Position numbers and translations under genes: made by a program. The notes under the pieces are model-generated. The model saw only the letters and a list, made by a program, of their open reading frames with translations, was not told the DNA's origin and ran no database searches. Below, in pieces: positions 36,735-45,789 of a stretch of DNA of 58,259 nt. Position 1 is the first letter of the stretch; each line of letters opens with the position of its first letter. This DNA is from a virus (taxonomy: Duplodnaviria; Caudoviricetes): positions 1 through 58,259 of IMG/VR virus record IMGVR_UViG_3300047509_000193; one strand, written 5' to 3'.

Positions 36735-37097
36735 ATGTCCCTCACCATCGACCTCGGCCCAGATCACAGCCAACTGCTTGTCGAGCTCCCCGCCGGCCAC
36801 CACGTGACAGTGCCGGCGACTGCCGGCGGCCTTTTGATCTTGCTTAGGCTGCTCAGAGAGCAAAAGCGCGCCGACTTCAACGAGGGGCTGTCACGCCATG
36901 ACGCAGCCTGGCATCGCTTCGGCGCCATTGGCACGGCGCCAAGCCCCACCCAGGCCGAACTCACCCATCAGCTCGATCACTGTGACGCGCAACTGCGCGT
37001 CACCATGCACATCGACTCCTGTCCTTGGTGCCAGGACGCCAAGCGCCAAAGGGCAAGAGCACCGAAGGAAGAACTCTCCCCTGCCGACTTCGACTAG
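36735..37097 (+). CDS. Hypothetical protein with C-terminal EELSPADF motif
   Basis: GAGG RBS; H/C cluster ending CPWC. Confidence 0.7.
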   Translation: MSLTIDLGPDHSQLLVELPAGHHVTVPATAGGLLILLRLLREQKRADFNEGLSRHDAAWHRFGAIGTAPSPTQAELTHQLDHCDAQLRVTMHIDSCPWCQDAKRQRARAPKEELSPADFD

Positions 37098-37108
37098 GAT
37101 CTTTCCGC

Positions 37109-37504
37109 ATGACAACCATCCGCAAGTTCTCCGCTGACCTCGGCCAGGACCAAATCCTCGCTAGAGCCCTATCCTACCATCCGACCATAGCCCAGGCACT
37201 GCTTGCCACTCCCTGTGACTGGAGCAGTAAGCTGCACGCAAGCGCCGGCTACGCAAGCTCCCGCCGTGGCATTAGCCTCCACCACGGTCTCCGCGCCGAG
37301 GGGCCGCAGGCCATCATCGACACCTTTCTGCATGAAGTCGCCCACATCATGCAATACCTGGTTTACAGGGAGTTCAATCATGGCGCAACCTGGTGGGAGA
37401 TGATGCATCACCTGGGGGCAAAGCCCGTCCGCACCCACAGCTACAAGTCCGCTGCCTTCAAACGCGGCCCCAAAGAAGAACTTTCCCCCAACGACTTCCT
37501 CTAA
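37109..37504 (+). CDS. SprT-like zinc metalloprotease with C-terminal EELSPNDF motif
   Basis: AGYA...TFLHEVAH...HGATW..MM..LG. Confidence 0.8.
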   Translation: MTTIRKFSADLGQDQILARALSYHPTIAQALLATPCDWSSKLHASAGYASSRRGISLHHGLRAEGPQAIIDTFLHEVAHIMQYLVYREFNHGATWWEMMHHLGAKPVRTHSYKSAAFKRGPKEELSPNDFL

Positions 37505-37541
37505 GCACATTCCCTCCTCTAGCATGACAAAGGACCCTCCA

Positions 37542-37730
37542 ATGGCCAAATACACAATCGTGATCCAGCGCACCCAAACCCACACCTGCGAGATCACCCT
37601 CTCCGCCCTCGACGACGACAAGGCCAACGAGAAGGCGCAGGAGAAGATCGACACCGACGGCTGGGCCGACAAACAGGACTGGACGCTTGAGTCCGATGAC
37701 TTGGAAATCACCGAGGTCAACGAGGACTAG
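37542..37730 (+). CDS. Small acidic hypothetical protein
   Basis: AAGGA RBS; 62 aa. Confidence 0.65.
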   Translation: MAKYTIVIQRTQTHTCEITLSALDDDKANEKAQEKIDTDGWADKQDWTLESDDLEITEVNED

Positions 37731-37826
37731 GCGCAAGGGCGCTTACCAAGGCCCAGAGGCATCCGTGCCCTGGGCCAAAGGCGCTGAGGACGCCAAAGGG
37801 GCGTCCCCAAAGAAAGGTCACAGACA

Positions 37827-38024
37827 ATGAGAACCTCCGAGAGCATGACCATCAAAGGCGTCATCAATGACTGGAACCTCGTCAACAACCATATTCACGG
37901 CGTCTGCACATTCCCCGACGACACGCGCGACAGTATTACCACCTCGAATGTGGACCAAATCCGTCGGCTCGGCAACGTCTTGATCTGCACCACGCAGAAC
38001 TCCACTTACATCTTAGGAGCCTAG
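37827..38024 (+). CDS. Hypothetical protein
   Basis: I.TS.V...TQNSTYIL motif common in small phage proteins; RBS. Confidence 0.65.
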   Translation: MRTSESMTIKGVINDWNLVNNHIHGVCTFPDDTRDSITTSNVDQIRRLGNVLICTTQNSTYILGA

Positions 38025-38027
38025 ACA

Positions 38028-38432
38028 ATGAGAACCTCCAGCCCTATAGTCGGCCAACACTTCCGGCCTCCCGCCAAGGCCATCCTAGCCGTTCTAAAGA
38101 ACGGCACCCCCTTGCTTATCTCTCGTGAGCCAGACAACGCCTACGACCCCAACGCCGTCAAGGTCCTGGTCGAGTCCCTCCACATCCCCAGCAGCCAACT
38201 CGACGAGCTCGACACACAGGCCTCTGGCTTCGGCTTCTCCGCCAAGCAGATCCTCGCCGAGCCCATCTGGCACCTCGGCTATATAGCCGCAAAGCCGCCC
38301 AAGGGCCGCCCAGGGGCGCTAGCGCCCGAGGTGTCAAACCGCCTGCTTGAGGGTGAGCCAAAGTCCGTCCTCCTCGGCTTCGACGGGCAGGGCCTCCCCG
38401 AGGTCCAGATAGAGTGGGGCAAAGCCCCATGA
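38028..38432 (+). CDS. HIRAN-domain protein
   Basis: IVGQHFR...L.REPDNAYDPNAVKV...HLGYI. Confidence 0.8.
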   Translation: MRTSSPIVGQHFRPPAKAILAVLKNGTPLLISREPDNAYDPNAVKVLVESLHIPSSQLDELDTQASGFGFSAKQILAEPIWHLGYIAAKPPKGRPGALAPEVSNRLLEGEPKSVLLGFDGQGLPEVQIEWGKAP

Positions 38433-38638
38433 GCACAAGGCAAGCCAAGATCTGGATTGTCCTCGAAGCCGGACAGCCTCTCGTAGCGTTCCGCAACGAG
38501 GACGCTGCGCGTGACTTCGCCCACAGCGCCAACGAGGCCAGCCACAGACTGGCTACCATAGACCCTAAGAAGCCACCTCGTTGGCACAATTTCATTGAGG
38601 TTGAGTTGCGACAGACTCCAAAAGCCGGCAAGATTTAG
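38429..38638 (+). CDS. Hypothetical protein
   Basis: ATGA coupling. Confidence 0.55.
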   Translation: MSTRQAKIWIVLEAGQPLVAFRNEDAARDFAHSANEASHRLATIDPKKPPRWHNFIEVELRQTPKAGKI

Positions 38639-38680
38639 TACGTCCCACCCAAACAGGAAAATGAAAAGGATATCCTGAGC

Positions 38681-39898
38681 ATGACAACGCAAGACAAGTT
38701 CCTCGTCTTCTCCAACCCCGGCGAGATCGACCCCAGGGCGGCGACGATCTTAGGCGTCAATGTGAAAGAGGGGCCAAGCCCCATAGGCTTCTTTGGCACC
38801 GGACTGAAAAATGCTATCGCCGTGACCCTCCGCCTCGGCGGCTCCATTGAGATCCTCTCCGGTCTGACGACCTTCCGCTTCCACGGCGAGGAAGAAACCA
38901 TTAGGGGCAAGCTCTTCCAGCTGATCTACATGACAACAGAGTCTGTCAATGCCCCGCAGTCCTGCGTCCACCTTGGTTTCACTACAGATCTTGGAAAGGC
39001 CTGGCTTCCCTGGATGGCCTACCGTGAGCTTTGGTGTAACGCCAAGGATGAGGGCGGATCAGTGACCTTGGCTCCTAATCGTCCGCAGCCGCAGGCTGGC
39101 TACACATACATCATCGTCCAAGGCGAAGCCATGCTTGCCGCATATCGTGACAGAGCAAAGTACGTTCTCCAGTCAATGCCTCTGGCCTCAACTCCCTACG
39201 CCAATATCCATCCAGGCAACAGCAAGACCGTCTTCTACCGCGGCATCGCCGTTTGCGAACTGCCAAAGCCCTCGCTTTACACCTACAATATCCAAGCCGA
39301 TTGTCAGCTGACCGAGGACCGCACCCTGGACAGCTTCACTTGCCGCGCGCGGATCATCAACGCCCTCGCGACTTGTCAGGACGAGGCGCTGCTTCGCAAC
39401 GCCCTGCAGGCAAGCGAGGCTACGCTTGAACACGGTCTGGACTTCTCATGGCACTACGGGGCGACCTCCAAGGAGTTCGTCACCACCACCGAGACCCTGT
39501 ACCACACGCGGCTTGCCAAGACCAGCCAAAGCGCCATCGCCCTGGCAAGGCCACAGTTCCTCCGTCCGACCTGGACCGAGGTAGGGCTTACCAAGGTCGA
39601 GGAGAAGATGCTTGCAAAGGCCCTCGCCTTCCTCAAGGCCTTTGGCCACGAAGTCAAGGAACCCATAAAGATCATCGAGACCCTTGGGTCCCAGTGGACC
39701 CTCGGTCTTGCCAAAGACAAAACTATCTTCTTGCCAAAGTCCCTCTTCGGCAAAGGCACCAAATACTTGGCCTCCACCCTGCTCGAAGAGCACCTACACA
39801 TCGCGCAGGACCTCCCCGACTGCAGCAGAGCCATGCAAGACTGGCTCTTCGACCGAGTCCTGTCCTTGGCTGAGGAACTCAGCGGCGAGCCTCTCTAG
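38681..39898 (+). CDS. GHKL-type ATPase-like protein with C-terminal zincin-like motif
   Basis: PIGFFGTGLK.AIA..LR, AYRELWCNAKDEGG, and TLLEEHLH near the C-terminus. Confidence 0.6.
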   Translation: MTTQDKFLVFSNPGEIDPRAATILGVNVKEGPSPIGFFGTGLKNAIAVTLRLGGSIEILSGLTTFRFHGEEETIRGKLFQLIYMTTESVNAPQSCVHLGFTTDLGKAWLPWMAYRELWCNAKDEGGSVTLAPNRPQPQAGYTYIIVQGEAMLAAYRDRAKYVLQSMPLASTPYANIHPGNSKTVFYRGIAVCELPKPSLYTYNIQADCQLTEDRTLDSFTCRARIINALATCQDEALLRNALQASEATLEHGLDFSWHYGATSKEFVTTTETLYHTRLAKTSQSAIALARPQFLRPTWTEVGLTKVEEKMLAKALAFLKAFGHEVKEPIKIIETLGSQWTLGLAKDKTIFLPKSLFGKGTKYLASTLLEEHLHIAQDLPDCSRAMQDWLFDRVLSLAEELSGEPL

Positions 39899-39907
39899 TC
39901 GTCTTAC

Positions 39908-39931
39908 ATGGGAGGGGTTTGCCCCTCCCAT
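39908..39931 (+). terminator. Hairpin after gene 38681..39898
   Basis: ATGGGAGGGG-TTTG-CCCCTCCCAT. Confidence 0.55.
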
Positions 39932-39957
39932 CATTGACAACTAGGAGCCCACATCAA

Positions 39958-40056
39958 ATGAACAAGCCAACGCGCCTCACCGCCAAGTATAAGAGCCGGC
40001 AGACACTCAACACCCTCAAGCGCTGGCTCCGCATGAAGCGGAGGGAAGCTCAATGA
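39958..40056 (+). CDS. Small basic peptide (32 aa)
   Basis: AGGAG RBS; MNKPTRLTAKYKSRQTLNTLKRWLRMKRREAQ; ATGA overlap with the next gene. Confidence 0.45.
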   Translation: MNKPTRLTAKYKSRQTLNTLKRWLRMKRREAQ

Positions 40057-40334
40057 CCGACGACGCAGCGCAGGCGCGCGATTGGGCAGACGATGCCGCC
40101 GAACAAATCATGGGTGGCGAACTGCTCACAGGCGAGAGAAGACGATCTATTGTGGCTACCGCTTTGCGCAAGGAGCGTCTCGCCGCCGAGGCGCGCGGGC
40201 GAGCGGCGGTGGATAGTGTCCTTCACGACTTCATCCGAGCATACGATGAAGGTGTGTTTGGTGATGCAGGATGGCACGACAGGGAGGCTGATATCGTCGC
40301 CCGCATCCGCGCCCTAAAGGACACGCCGCGATGA
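40053..40334 (+). CDS. Hypothetical protein
   Basis: 93 aa, overlap-coupled. Confidence 0.55.
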   Translation: MTDDAAQARDWADDAAEQIMGGELLTGERRRSIVATALRKERLAAEARGRAAVDSVLHDFIRAYDEGVFGDAGWHDREADIVARIRALKDTPR

Positions 40335-40861
40335 CTGCTGATCGGCAGTGCTCTAGATGCAGCCAGATTTTGCCCGTGTCCGAGTTCTACCGGAAATCAG
40401 GACGAAAGGACGCATGGGAGGGCCGATGCAAGGCGTGCTTCAACGCTTTACTAAGCATCCAAAGGTCGTCTGATGAAGTGCGCGATAGCCGCGCCGAGCG
40501 GCGACGCAAAAATCGGCTGACTACAAATCTTCCGGTACGCGACCGCAGGCATGTAGCAGCGTACCGAATTAGGTATCCGCAAAAAGAGGCGTCAAAGAGA
40601 GCGCTAAATCGAGCCATCGAGAGCGGCGACGTTGTGCGCCCCGAGACATGCGAGAGATGCGGGACGAAACCTAGCCCGCGTAGCGACGGCGCAGCATCAA
40701 TTCACGGTCATCACGACGACTATTCAAAGCCGCTTGACGTGAAATGGCTATGCGGTCGGTGTCACACTGACACTCACCGCGCCCTCGCCGAGAAGGAGCC
40801 TCGTAGCAATGCTGATGACGGTGATCCTGAAATTCATGATGGGGAGTGGCCGAACGTATGA
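40331..40861 (+). CDS. HNH-like zinc-binding endonuclease
   Basis: CSRC..EFY..CKAC; RPETCERCG...HGHHDDYSKPLDVKWLCGRCH. Confidence 0.75.
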   Translation: MTADRQCSRCSQILPVSEFYRKSGRKDAWEGRCKACFNALLSIQRSSDEVRDSRAERRRKNRLTTNLPVRDRRHVAAYRIRYPQKEASKRALNRAIESGDVVRPETCERCGTKPSPRSDGAASIHGHHDDYSKPLDVKWLCGRCHTDTHRALAEKEPRSNADDGDPEIHDGEWPNV

Positions 40862-41790
40862 CCGAGATCGACCAAGCGACCGTCGAGAAGTGCGCCGCGG
40901 CAGCCGTGGAGGAGTGGAACGGCTCCGATCTATCGTCATGGGACTATCAATCTGACGGAACAACTGTCTGGCACAGGATCGCCCTCGCCGTGCTCGCCGC
41001 CAGCGGGTGGGGCGAGGAACTGCAACGGTGGAAGGATCACGCGGCCAATCGCGATGAAGAGTATGAGGAAATGGCATCCGATTTTGCAGCGTCAACACGC
41101 GAGTTAGATGCCTGTCGTAAGTTCCTGTCTGTTGCCGAGCAGCGCGTCTCGGCGCTGGAGGCGGCGCTGCGGGATCATCACAACTGGCAACTGAACCAAG
41201 GGACCGTATGGCTTGAGGACATGGATGGGAAGCCGACGATCTCAATCAACGGGCCGCTCGAATACTCGGAGAGCAGCATGTGCGAACGCACTATTGCCGC
41301 CCTCGCCTCCGCGCCCCCTGCGCCGGCTCCCTCCGGCGATCTTCCGTCCGGTGTAGCGGAGCGCAAATTCCTGAACGAGTTTGACCGAGAGATCAGCCTA
41401 TTCGTGATGGCGGGAAAACCGGGGCAGAACGTGTCGTCTCGCATCACCATGATTGGACGAGATTCGACCGCCGAGAACAACATGACGCGCATGGAGATGG
41501 AGCAACTTCACGCCGTCATGACACAGGCTCTCGGCCCTGCGCCGGCTCCCGAGCGCGACGGGTGGCGGCCGACCCATCGGCACTACAAGGGCGACCTCTA
41601 TCGTTTGCTCGGCGAGGTCCGCAACTCCGAAGACCGCAATGCGCCATTCGAGGCGCTGTACCAGAACGAGTACGGACACTACATTCGCCGGCCCTTGGCG
41701 ATATTCAACGAGACGCTGCCCGATGGCCGCAAGCGGTTCGAGCCTCTTCCCTCCCCGCCGCGCGAGATGGAGAACGCAAATGATCAGTAA
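40858..41790 (+). CDS. Mosaic hypothetical protein with C-terminal DUF1653-like domain
   Basis: THRHYKGDLYRLLG...SE...LY...RPLAIF.E. Confidence 0.65.
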   Translation: MTEIDQATVEKCAAAAVEEWNGSDLSSWDYQSDGTTVWHRIALAVLAASGWGEELQRWKDHAANRDEEYEEMASDFAASTRELDACRKFLSVAEQRVSALEAALRDHHNWQLNQGTVWLEDMDGKPTISINGPLEYSESSMCERTIAALASAPPAPAPSGDLPSGVAERKFLNEFDREISLFVMAGKPGQNVSSRITMIGRDSTAENNMTRMEMEQLHAVMTQALGPAPAPERDGWRPTHRHYKGDLYRLLGEVRNSEDRNAPFEALYQNEYGHYIRRPLAIFNETLPDGRKRFEPLPSPPREMENANDQ

Positions 41791-41977
41791 GACCCACGCA
41801 ATCCATCGGACATCGCCCAAGGGCGGTCCTTTCATCGGCACTTGCTATCAATGCGGCACGCCAGGGCTGAAGCTAGAAGATGCTCTAAATCCGTGCCCGA
41901 ACCAACGCGGCCTTACGCAAGAAGATGCGCTGATTGAGGCGATTGAAGCCTCCCCGCCGCGCGAGACGCCGACATGA
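41780..41977 (+). CDS. Small hypothetical protein
   Basis: RTSPKGGPFIGTCYQCG; GGAG RBS. Confidence 0.6.
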   Translation: MISKTHAIHRTSPKGGPFIGTCYQCGTPGLKLEDALNPCPNQRGLTQEDALIEAIEASPPRETPT

Positions 41978-42204
41978 GCCATGAAGCGATGGCTATTGAT
42001 GCGATCGCCTTAGAGTTTGCGACCAAGGTGCGCTATGGGAGATACACAGCTGAGGGACCTAAAAGAAAAACGTGGAGCGAGTTGAACGACCATGAGCGCG
42101 CCGTGCGCATGGACTGGATGCGCGTCGATATTGAAGTGTATCTGGCGGCAATGAAACAGCGCGAGACGCCGACGGATACGCCCTCCAGGGAGCCCAAAGC
42201 ATGA
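41974..42204 (+). CDS. Hypothetical protein
   Basis: ATGA coupling at both ends. Confidence 0.55.
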   Translation: MSHEAMAIDAIALEFATKVRYGRYTAEGPKRKTWSELNDHERAVRMDWMRVDIEVYLAAMKQRETPTDTPSREPKA

Positions 42205-42491
42205 CCAAGTTCTGCAGAGACTGCCTCCATGTTCGCCGATACAGGCTGAGCATAGACCATAGTGCCGACGGAAAGCACTGGGTTTGCCAGGCAACGCAAA
42301 ATGCGTTGCCTGCATTCAACCTCGTTACTGGTGATTCACTGCTTACCTATCCAACCTGTCATGAAGCTAGACAAGATCTTGATGGCTGTGGACCAGAGGC
42401 CCTCTGGTGGCAAGCAAAGCCGAGCCCCGATTGGCCACGGGCGCCAAGCAAAGCACCTGTGGACGAACTCAGCCCCGAGGACTTCGTATGA
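42201..42491 (+). CDS. Cys-rich hypothetical protein with C-terminal DELSPEDF motif
   Basis: KFCRDC...C...NLVTG...C..AR...CGPEA.WW. Confidence 0.7.
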   Translation: MTKFCRDCLHVRRYRLSIDHSADGKHWVCQATQNALPAFNLVTGDSLLTYPTCHEARQDLDGCGPEALWWQAKPSPDWPRAPSKAPVDELSPEDFV

Positions 42492-43000
42492 CCCTCCATA
42501 AGATCATCTCCGGTGGCCAGACTGGCGCAGACCAAGGCGCCTTGCAAGCAGCCAAAGCTCTCGGCCTTGCCACCGGCGGCTGGGCACCAAAGGGCTTCCG
42601 CACCGAGACCGGACCTTGCCTTGCCCTCGCCTCCTTCGGTGTGCAAGAGCACAGCAATCCGAACTATCCTCCGAGGACCTTCCTCAACGTCCTCGAGAGC
42701 AAGGGTACTTTGCTCTTCGGCAACGCCAAATCGCCAGGCTGTAAACTCACCGCACGCTATTGCACGGACAATTCCAGACCCTATTTCCACGTCCGTTGGC
42801 AATCAGGCGGCGCACCTCCGGATCAACGAGTGCGTGACAATTTCCGCATCTGGCTTCTTGCCTTCTCCATTGACGTACTAAACTGCGCCGGCAACCGTGA
42901 GTCCAAGCAGCCGGGCATCCAAGCCGCTTGTTTCAACTTCCTAATCGACACCCTCGGCCCTCAGGCACCGCCTCACTCCAAGGAGAACATCAATGCATAA
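42488..43000 (+). CDS. SLOG-fold protein (putative molybdenum-carrier family)
   Basis: KIISGGQTGADQGAL..A...GGWAPKG...Y..RT..NV...LNCAGNRES. Confidence 0.8.
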   Translation: MTLHKIISGGQTGADQGALQAAKALGLATGGWAPKGFRTETGPCLALASFGVQEHSNPNYPPRTFLNVLESKGTLLFGNAKSPGCKLTARYCTDNSRPYFHVRWQSGGAPPDQRVRDNFRIWLLAFSIDVLNCAGNRESKQPGIQAACFNFLIDTLGPQAPPHSKENINA

Positions 43001-44513
43001 ACCGACTCCTGAACAAGAAGCCATCATTTGCGCTGCCAAGAACACAAGGCAGTCATTGCTTATTCGTGCCCTCGCCGGCTGTGCCAAATCAACGACCTTA
43101 GAGATGATCGCTCACGCACTTCCACCTGGCCCTGGCCTTGCCTTGGCTTTCAACAAGAAGATAGCCGTGGAACTTGAGAAGCGTTTCCCACCACACTTTC
43201 AAATCAAAACCTTGAACGGCCTTGGCCACGCCGCTTGGGGACGTGCGCTGAGCAAGCGCCTGGTCTTAGATGACAAGAAGCTCGGCAAGATCGTAAGTGA
43301 GGTGCTCAAGGCAAGCGGTTTCCAGGCCTCCCAAGATGATTGGGCGGCGGTCCGCCAACTTGCAAGCTTTGCCATGTCCCAGGGCCTCGTGCCAAAGCCC
43401 TTCACACAAAAGGGTCTGATTCCTGATGATGAGGGTACTTGGCGTGACCTCTGTGAGCAAGCAATAGGTACCTATGACAAGACTCTAGCCGAGTTCGCCC
43501 GCCAAGTCATCGCGGAAAACGTGAAGCAGGGCTTCCAAGGCACCATAAGCTTTGATGACCAAATCTACTTGAGCACCATGTTCGGCGGACAGTACCCTCG
43601 CTTCCCCTTAGTGCTTATCGATGAAGCGCAGGACCTGAGTCCTTTAAACCACCTGCAACTCAAAAAGTGTGCAGCAGACAGAATCATTGCTGTTGGCGAC
43701 GAGAAGCAGGCCATCTATGGTTTCAGAAACGCTGACAGCGACAGCATAAACAAGATCAAAGCGCTGCGCAGTGACTGGATCGAGCTTCCGCTTGCCACTA
43801 CCTTCCGCTGCCCACAGGTCGTCGTCGAGAAATGTCGCGCTCACGCGCCTGGATTTACAGCGTTCCCTACCAATGTTCAGGGCTTCATCCACAGCCTCCT
43901 TCCAAAGCATGAGGACGAGACCTGGAACTGGACCAAGATCGGCGAGCACGCCAATGGTGGCACTACGGCGGTCCTTTGCAGGAACAACGCGCCCCTGCTG
44001 AGCCTTGCCTTCAAGCTCCTCCGCCAGCAGATCGGCGTCACCATGCTCGGCCGCGACATCGGCAAGGGCCTGGTCCTGCTCAGCAAGAAAATCTTGCGCG
44101 ATGATGACCTGCCGAGCGAAGCTTGCTACGCAAAAATCCATTCTTGGGCCGAGTCCGAGGCAGGGCTTGCCCGAGCGCGCGATCAAGAGGAGAAGCTCGA
44201 CGGAATCCGTGACCGAGAGGAATGCCTCATTGCTGTCCTGCAAGGCTCCGAGGCCAAGACAGCCGGAGACTTACGCAGGGTCCTCGCCGATTTGTTCTCC
44301 CGCGACAACGGCAGAGTCACCCTAGCCACCGGCCATCGAGCCAAGGGATTGGAATGGGACCTCGTGGTATACTTGGACAGCTTTCGTTGCCCAAGCAAGT
44401 ATGCACTTAAGTGCGGCGGCAAAGCCTTGGAGCAAGAATGGAACCTCGACTACGTAATCTGCACAAGAACCAAGCACACTTTGCTTTACTGCAACCTGGA
44501 GGACTACCAATGA
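42993..44513 (+). CDS. UvrD/Rep-like superfamily 1 helicase
   Basis: ALAGCAKST, IDEAQD, VGDEKQAIYGFR, TFRCP, TGHRAKGLEW, YVICTR. Confidence 0.9.
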   Translation: MHKPTPEQEAIICAAKNTRQSLLIRALAGCAKSTTLEMIAHALPPGPGLALAFNKKIAVELEKRFPPHFQIKTLNGLGHAAWGRALSKRLVLDDKKLGKIVSEVLKASGFQASQDDWAAVRQLASFAMSQGLVPKPFTQKGLIPDDEGTWRDLCEQAIGTYDKTLAEFARQVIAENVKQGFQGTISFDDQIYLSTMFGGQYPRFPLVLIDEAQDLSPLNHLQLKKCAADRIIAVGDEKQAIYGFRNADSDSINKIKALRSDWIELPLATTFRCPQVVVEKCRAHAPGFTAFPTNVQGFIHSLLPKHEDETWNWTKIGEHANGGTTAVLCRNNAPLLSLAFKLLRQQIGVTMLGRDIGKGLVLLSKKILRDDDLPSEACYAKIHSWAESEAGLARARDQEEKLDGIRDREECLIAVLQGSEAKTAGDLRRVLADLFSRDNGRVTLATGHRAKGLEWDLVVYLDSFRCPSKYALKCGGKALEQEWNLDYVICTRTKHTLLYCNLEDYQ

Positions 44514-44884
44514 AACGCACACTTACTTGCCTTGCTCTCCTTGCCTCACTTGCTTCCTGCGAGCGAGACGCTCAAGTCGCCTCCCGCAATCTCTCCTACG
44601 CCGCCGATAACTTCCAAATCACTCGTCGAATCGTCTTCTACAATGGCATAACCGGCGAGTATATGCTCACCATCGAGGGCCTATGCTCTCAAGAGCCCAA
44701 GGACAAGAAGCTCGAAGTGACCTGCAAAGTTGGTCCAGAAGCCTTCAAAAAGCACTTCCTCGGTCTCAGCGATAACGTGACCTATTTCTCTGAGCAGATG
44801 GAAGCTGCACCTGCAAACGTCTATCATTACAAGGTGAGCTTCAAACCATCTGTCATTTTGCCAAGCATAGACTTTAGATCATAG
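44510..44884 (+). CDS. Phage lipoprotein
   Basis: LAS-C lipobox; A.VASRNLS.AADNF...RRIVFYNGIT...KHFLGLSDNVTYF. Confidence 0.8.
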   Translation: MKRTLTCLALLASLASCERDAQVASRNLSYAADNFQITRRIVFYNGITGEYMLTIEGLCSQEPKDKKLEVTCKVGPEAFKKHFLGLSDNVTYFSEQMEAAPANVYHYKVSFKPSVILPSIDFRS

Positions 44885-44895
44885 GAACCCTAAGC

Positions 44896-45225
44896 ATGAC
44901 AACCGAACTAAAGCCTCGTCCTCTCGTCCCCATGCAGCCCTTGCGTGCGCAAGCTAAGCGTCTTGGCTTAAGCACCGCCCAAGCCTGTGATGCAATCGGT
45001 ATCACGCCAAGTCATTGGTACCAGTGCTGCAAAAAGAATCAAACCAGCAAACTCATGGCCCTCGCTATGGAGGCCCTAGTCAGGCGGCAAAGCCGCGAGG
45101 CAACAGGTTGGGCTCTCCTAGAACTCAATCATGGCTCTGCCAAGGTCACACCCATCGCTGAGCCGCAGGAGATCACGCTCAAGGGGCAAGCCTTCTGGCT
45201 AGTGGTAAAGCCAGGGGAGAGTTGA
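44896..45225 (+). CDS. HTH DNA-binding protein
   Basis: LGLSTAQACDAIGITPSHWY. Confidence 0.65.
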   Translation: MTTELKPRPLVPMQPLRAQAKRLGLSTAQACDAIGITPSHWYQCCKKNQTSKLMALAMEALVRRQSREATGWALLELNHGSAKVTPIAEPQEITLKGQAFWLVVKPGES

Positions 45226-45288
45226 GCGGCGCCGTGGCACACCATTGGTTTGTCAAACAATCACACGATGGCCATGCCAACACGGCCA

Positions 45289-45317
45289 TTGACACACGCC
45301 ATGCCACCCGCTATCCT
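45289..45317 (+). promoter_or_regulatory. Sigma70-type promoter
   Basis: TTGACA-N17-TATCCT in an intergenic gap. Confidence 0.75.
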
Positions 45318-45345
45318 ACCCACCGCATGACAAAGGACCACTCCA

Positions 45346-45789
45346 ATGACCATAACAATCCAGGGAATAGAGTTCGACCTGCCAAGCCGTTACCGTCCCG
45401 GCCACGTCCTCAACGAGGCAGAGGCCAGCGCCCTCAACAGCACCCTAAGCGAAAGGCTGCGCACCAACTTCAGCAAACGGGTCATCGCCGCTAAGGCCAA
45501 TGGCCTCAGCGTCTCCAAGCTCCGCGACGAGTTCGCGGAGTACGCACGGCTCTACGAGTTCACCCTCACGCTTGATCCCTTGGAGGCCCTCGCCCGCAAG
45601 CTGGCCCTCGACGCCATAGCTGCCAAGCTCCGCGCCGATGACCGAGCGTTGCCCGAGGACGAGGCCTGGCGTGAGGCTGCCATATCCGCTGCCTTGCGCC
45701 GCCCCTACTTCAGGGAAGAGGCAGCACGGCGCCTTGCAAGCGCACGGGAAGCAGCCTCTCAGGTCCTTGACATGGACCCCCTGCCATGA
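45346..45789 (+). CDS. Hypothetical protein
   Basis: 147 aa after promoter and AAGGA RBS. Confidence 0.75.
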   Translation: MTITIQGIEFDLPSRYRPGHVLNEAEASALNSTLSERLRTNFSKRVIAAKANGLSVSKLRDEFAEYARLYEFTLTLDPLEALARKLALDAIAAKLRADDRALPEDEAWREAAISAALRRPYFREEAARRLASAREAASQVLDMDPLP

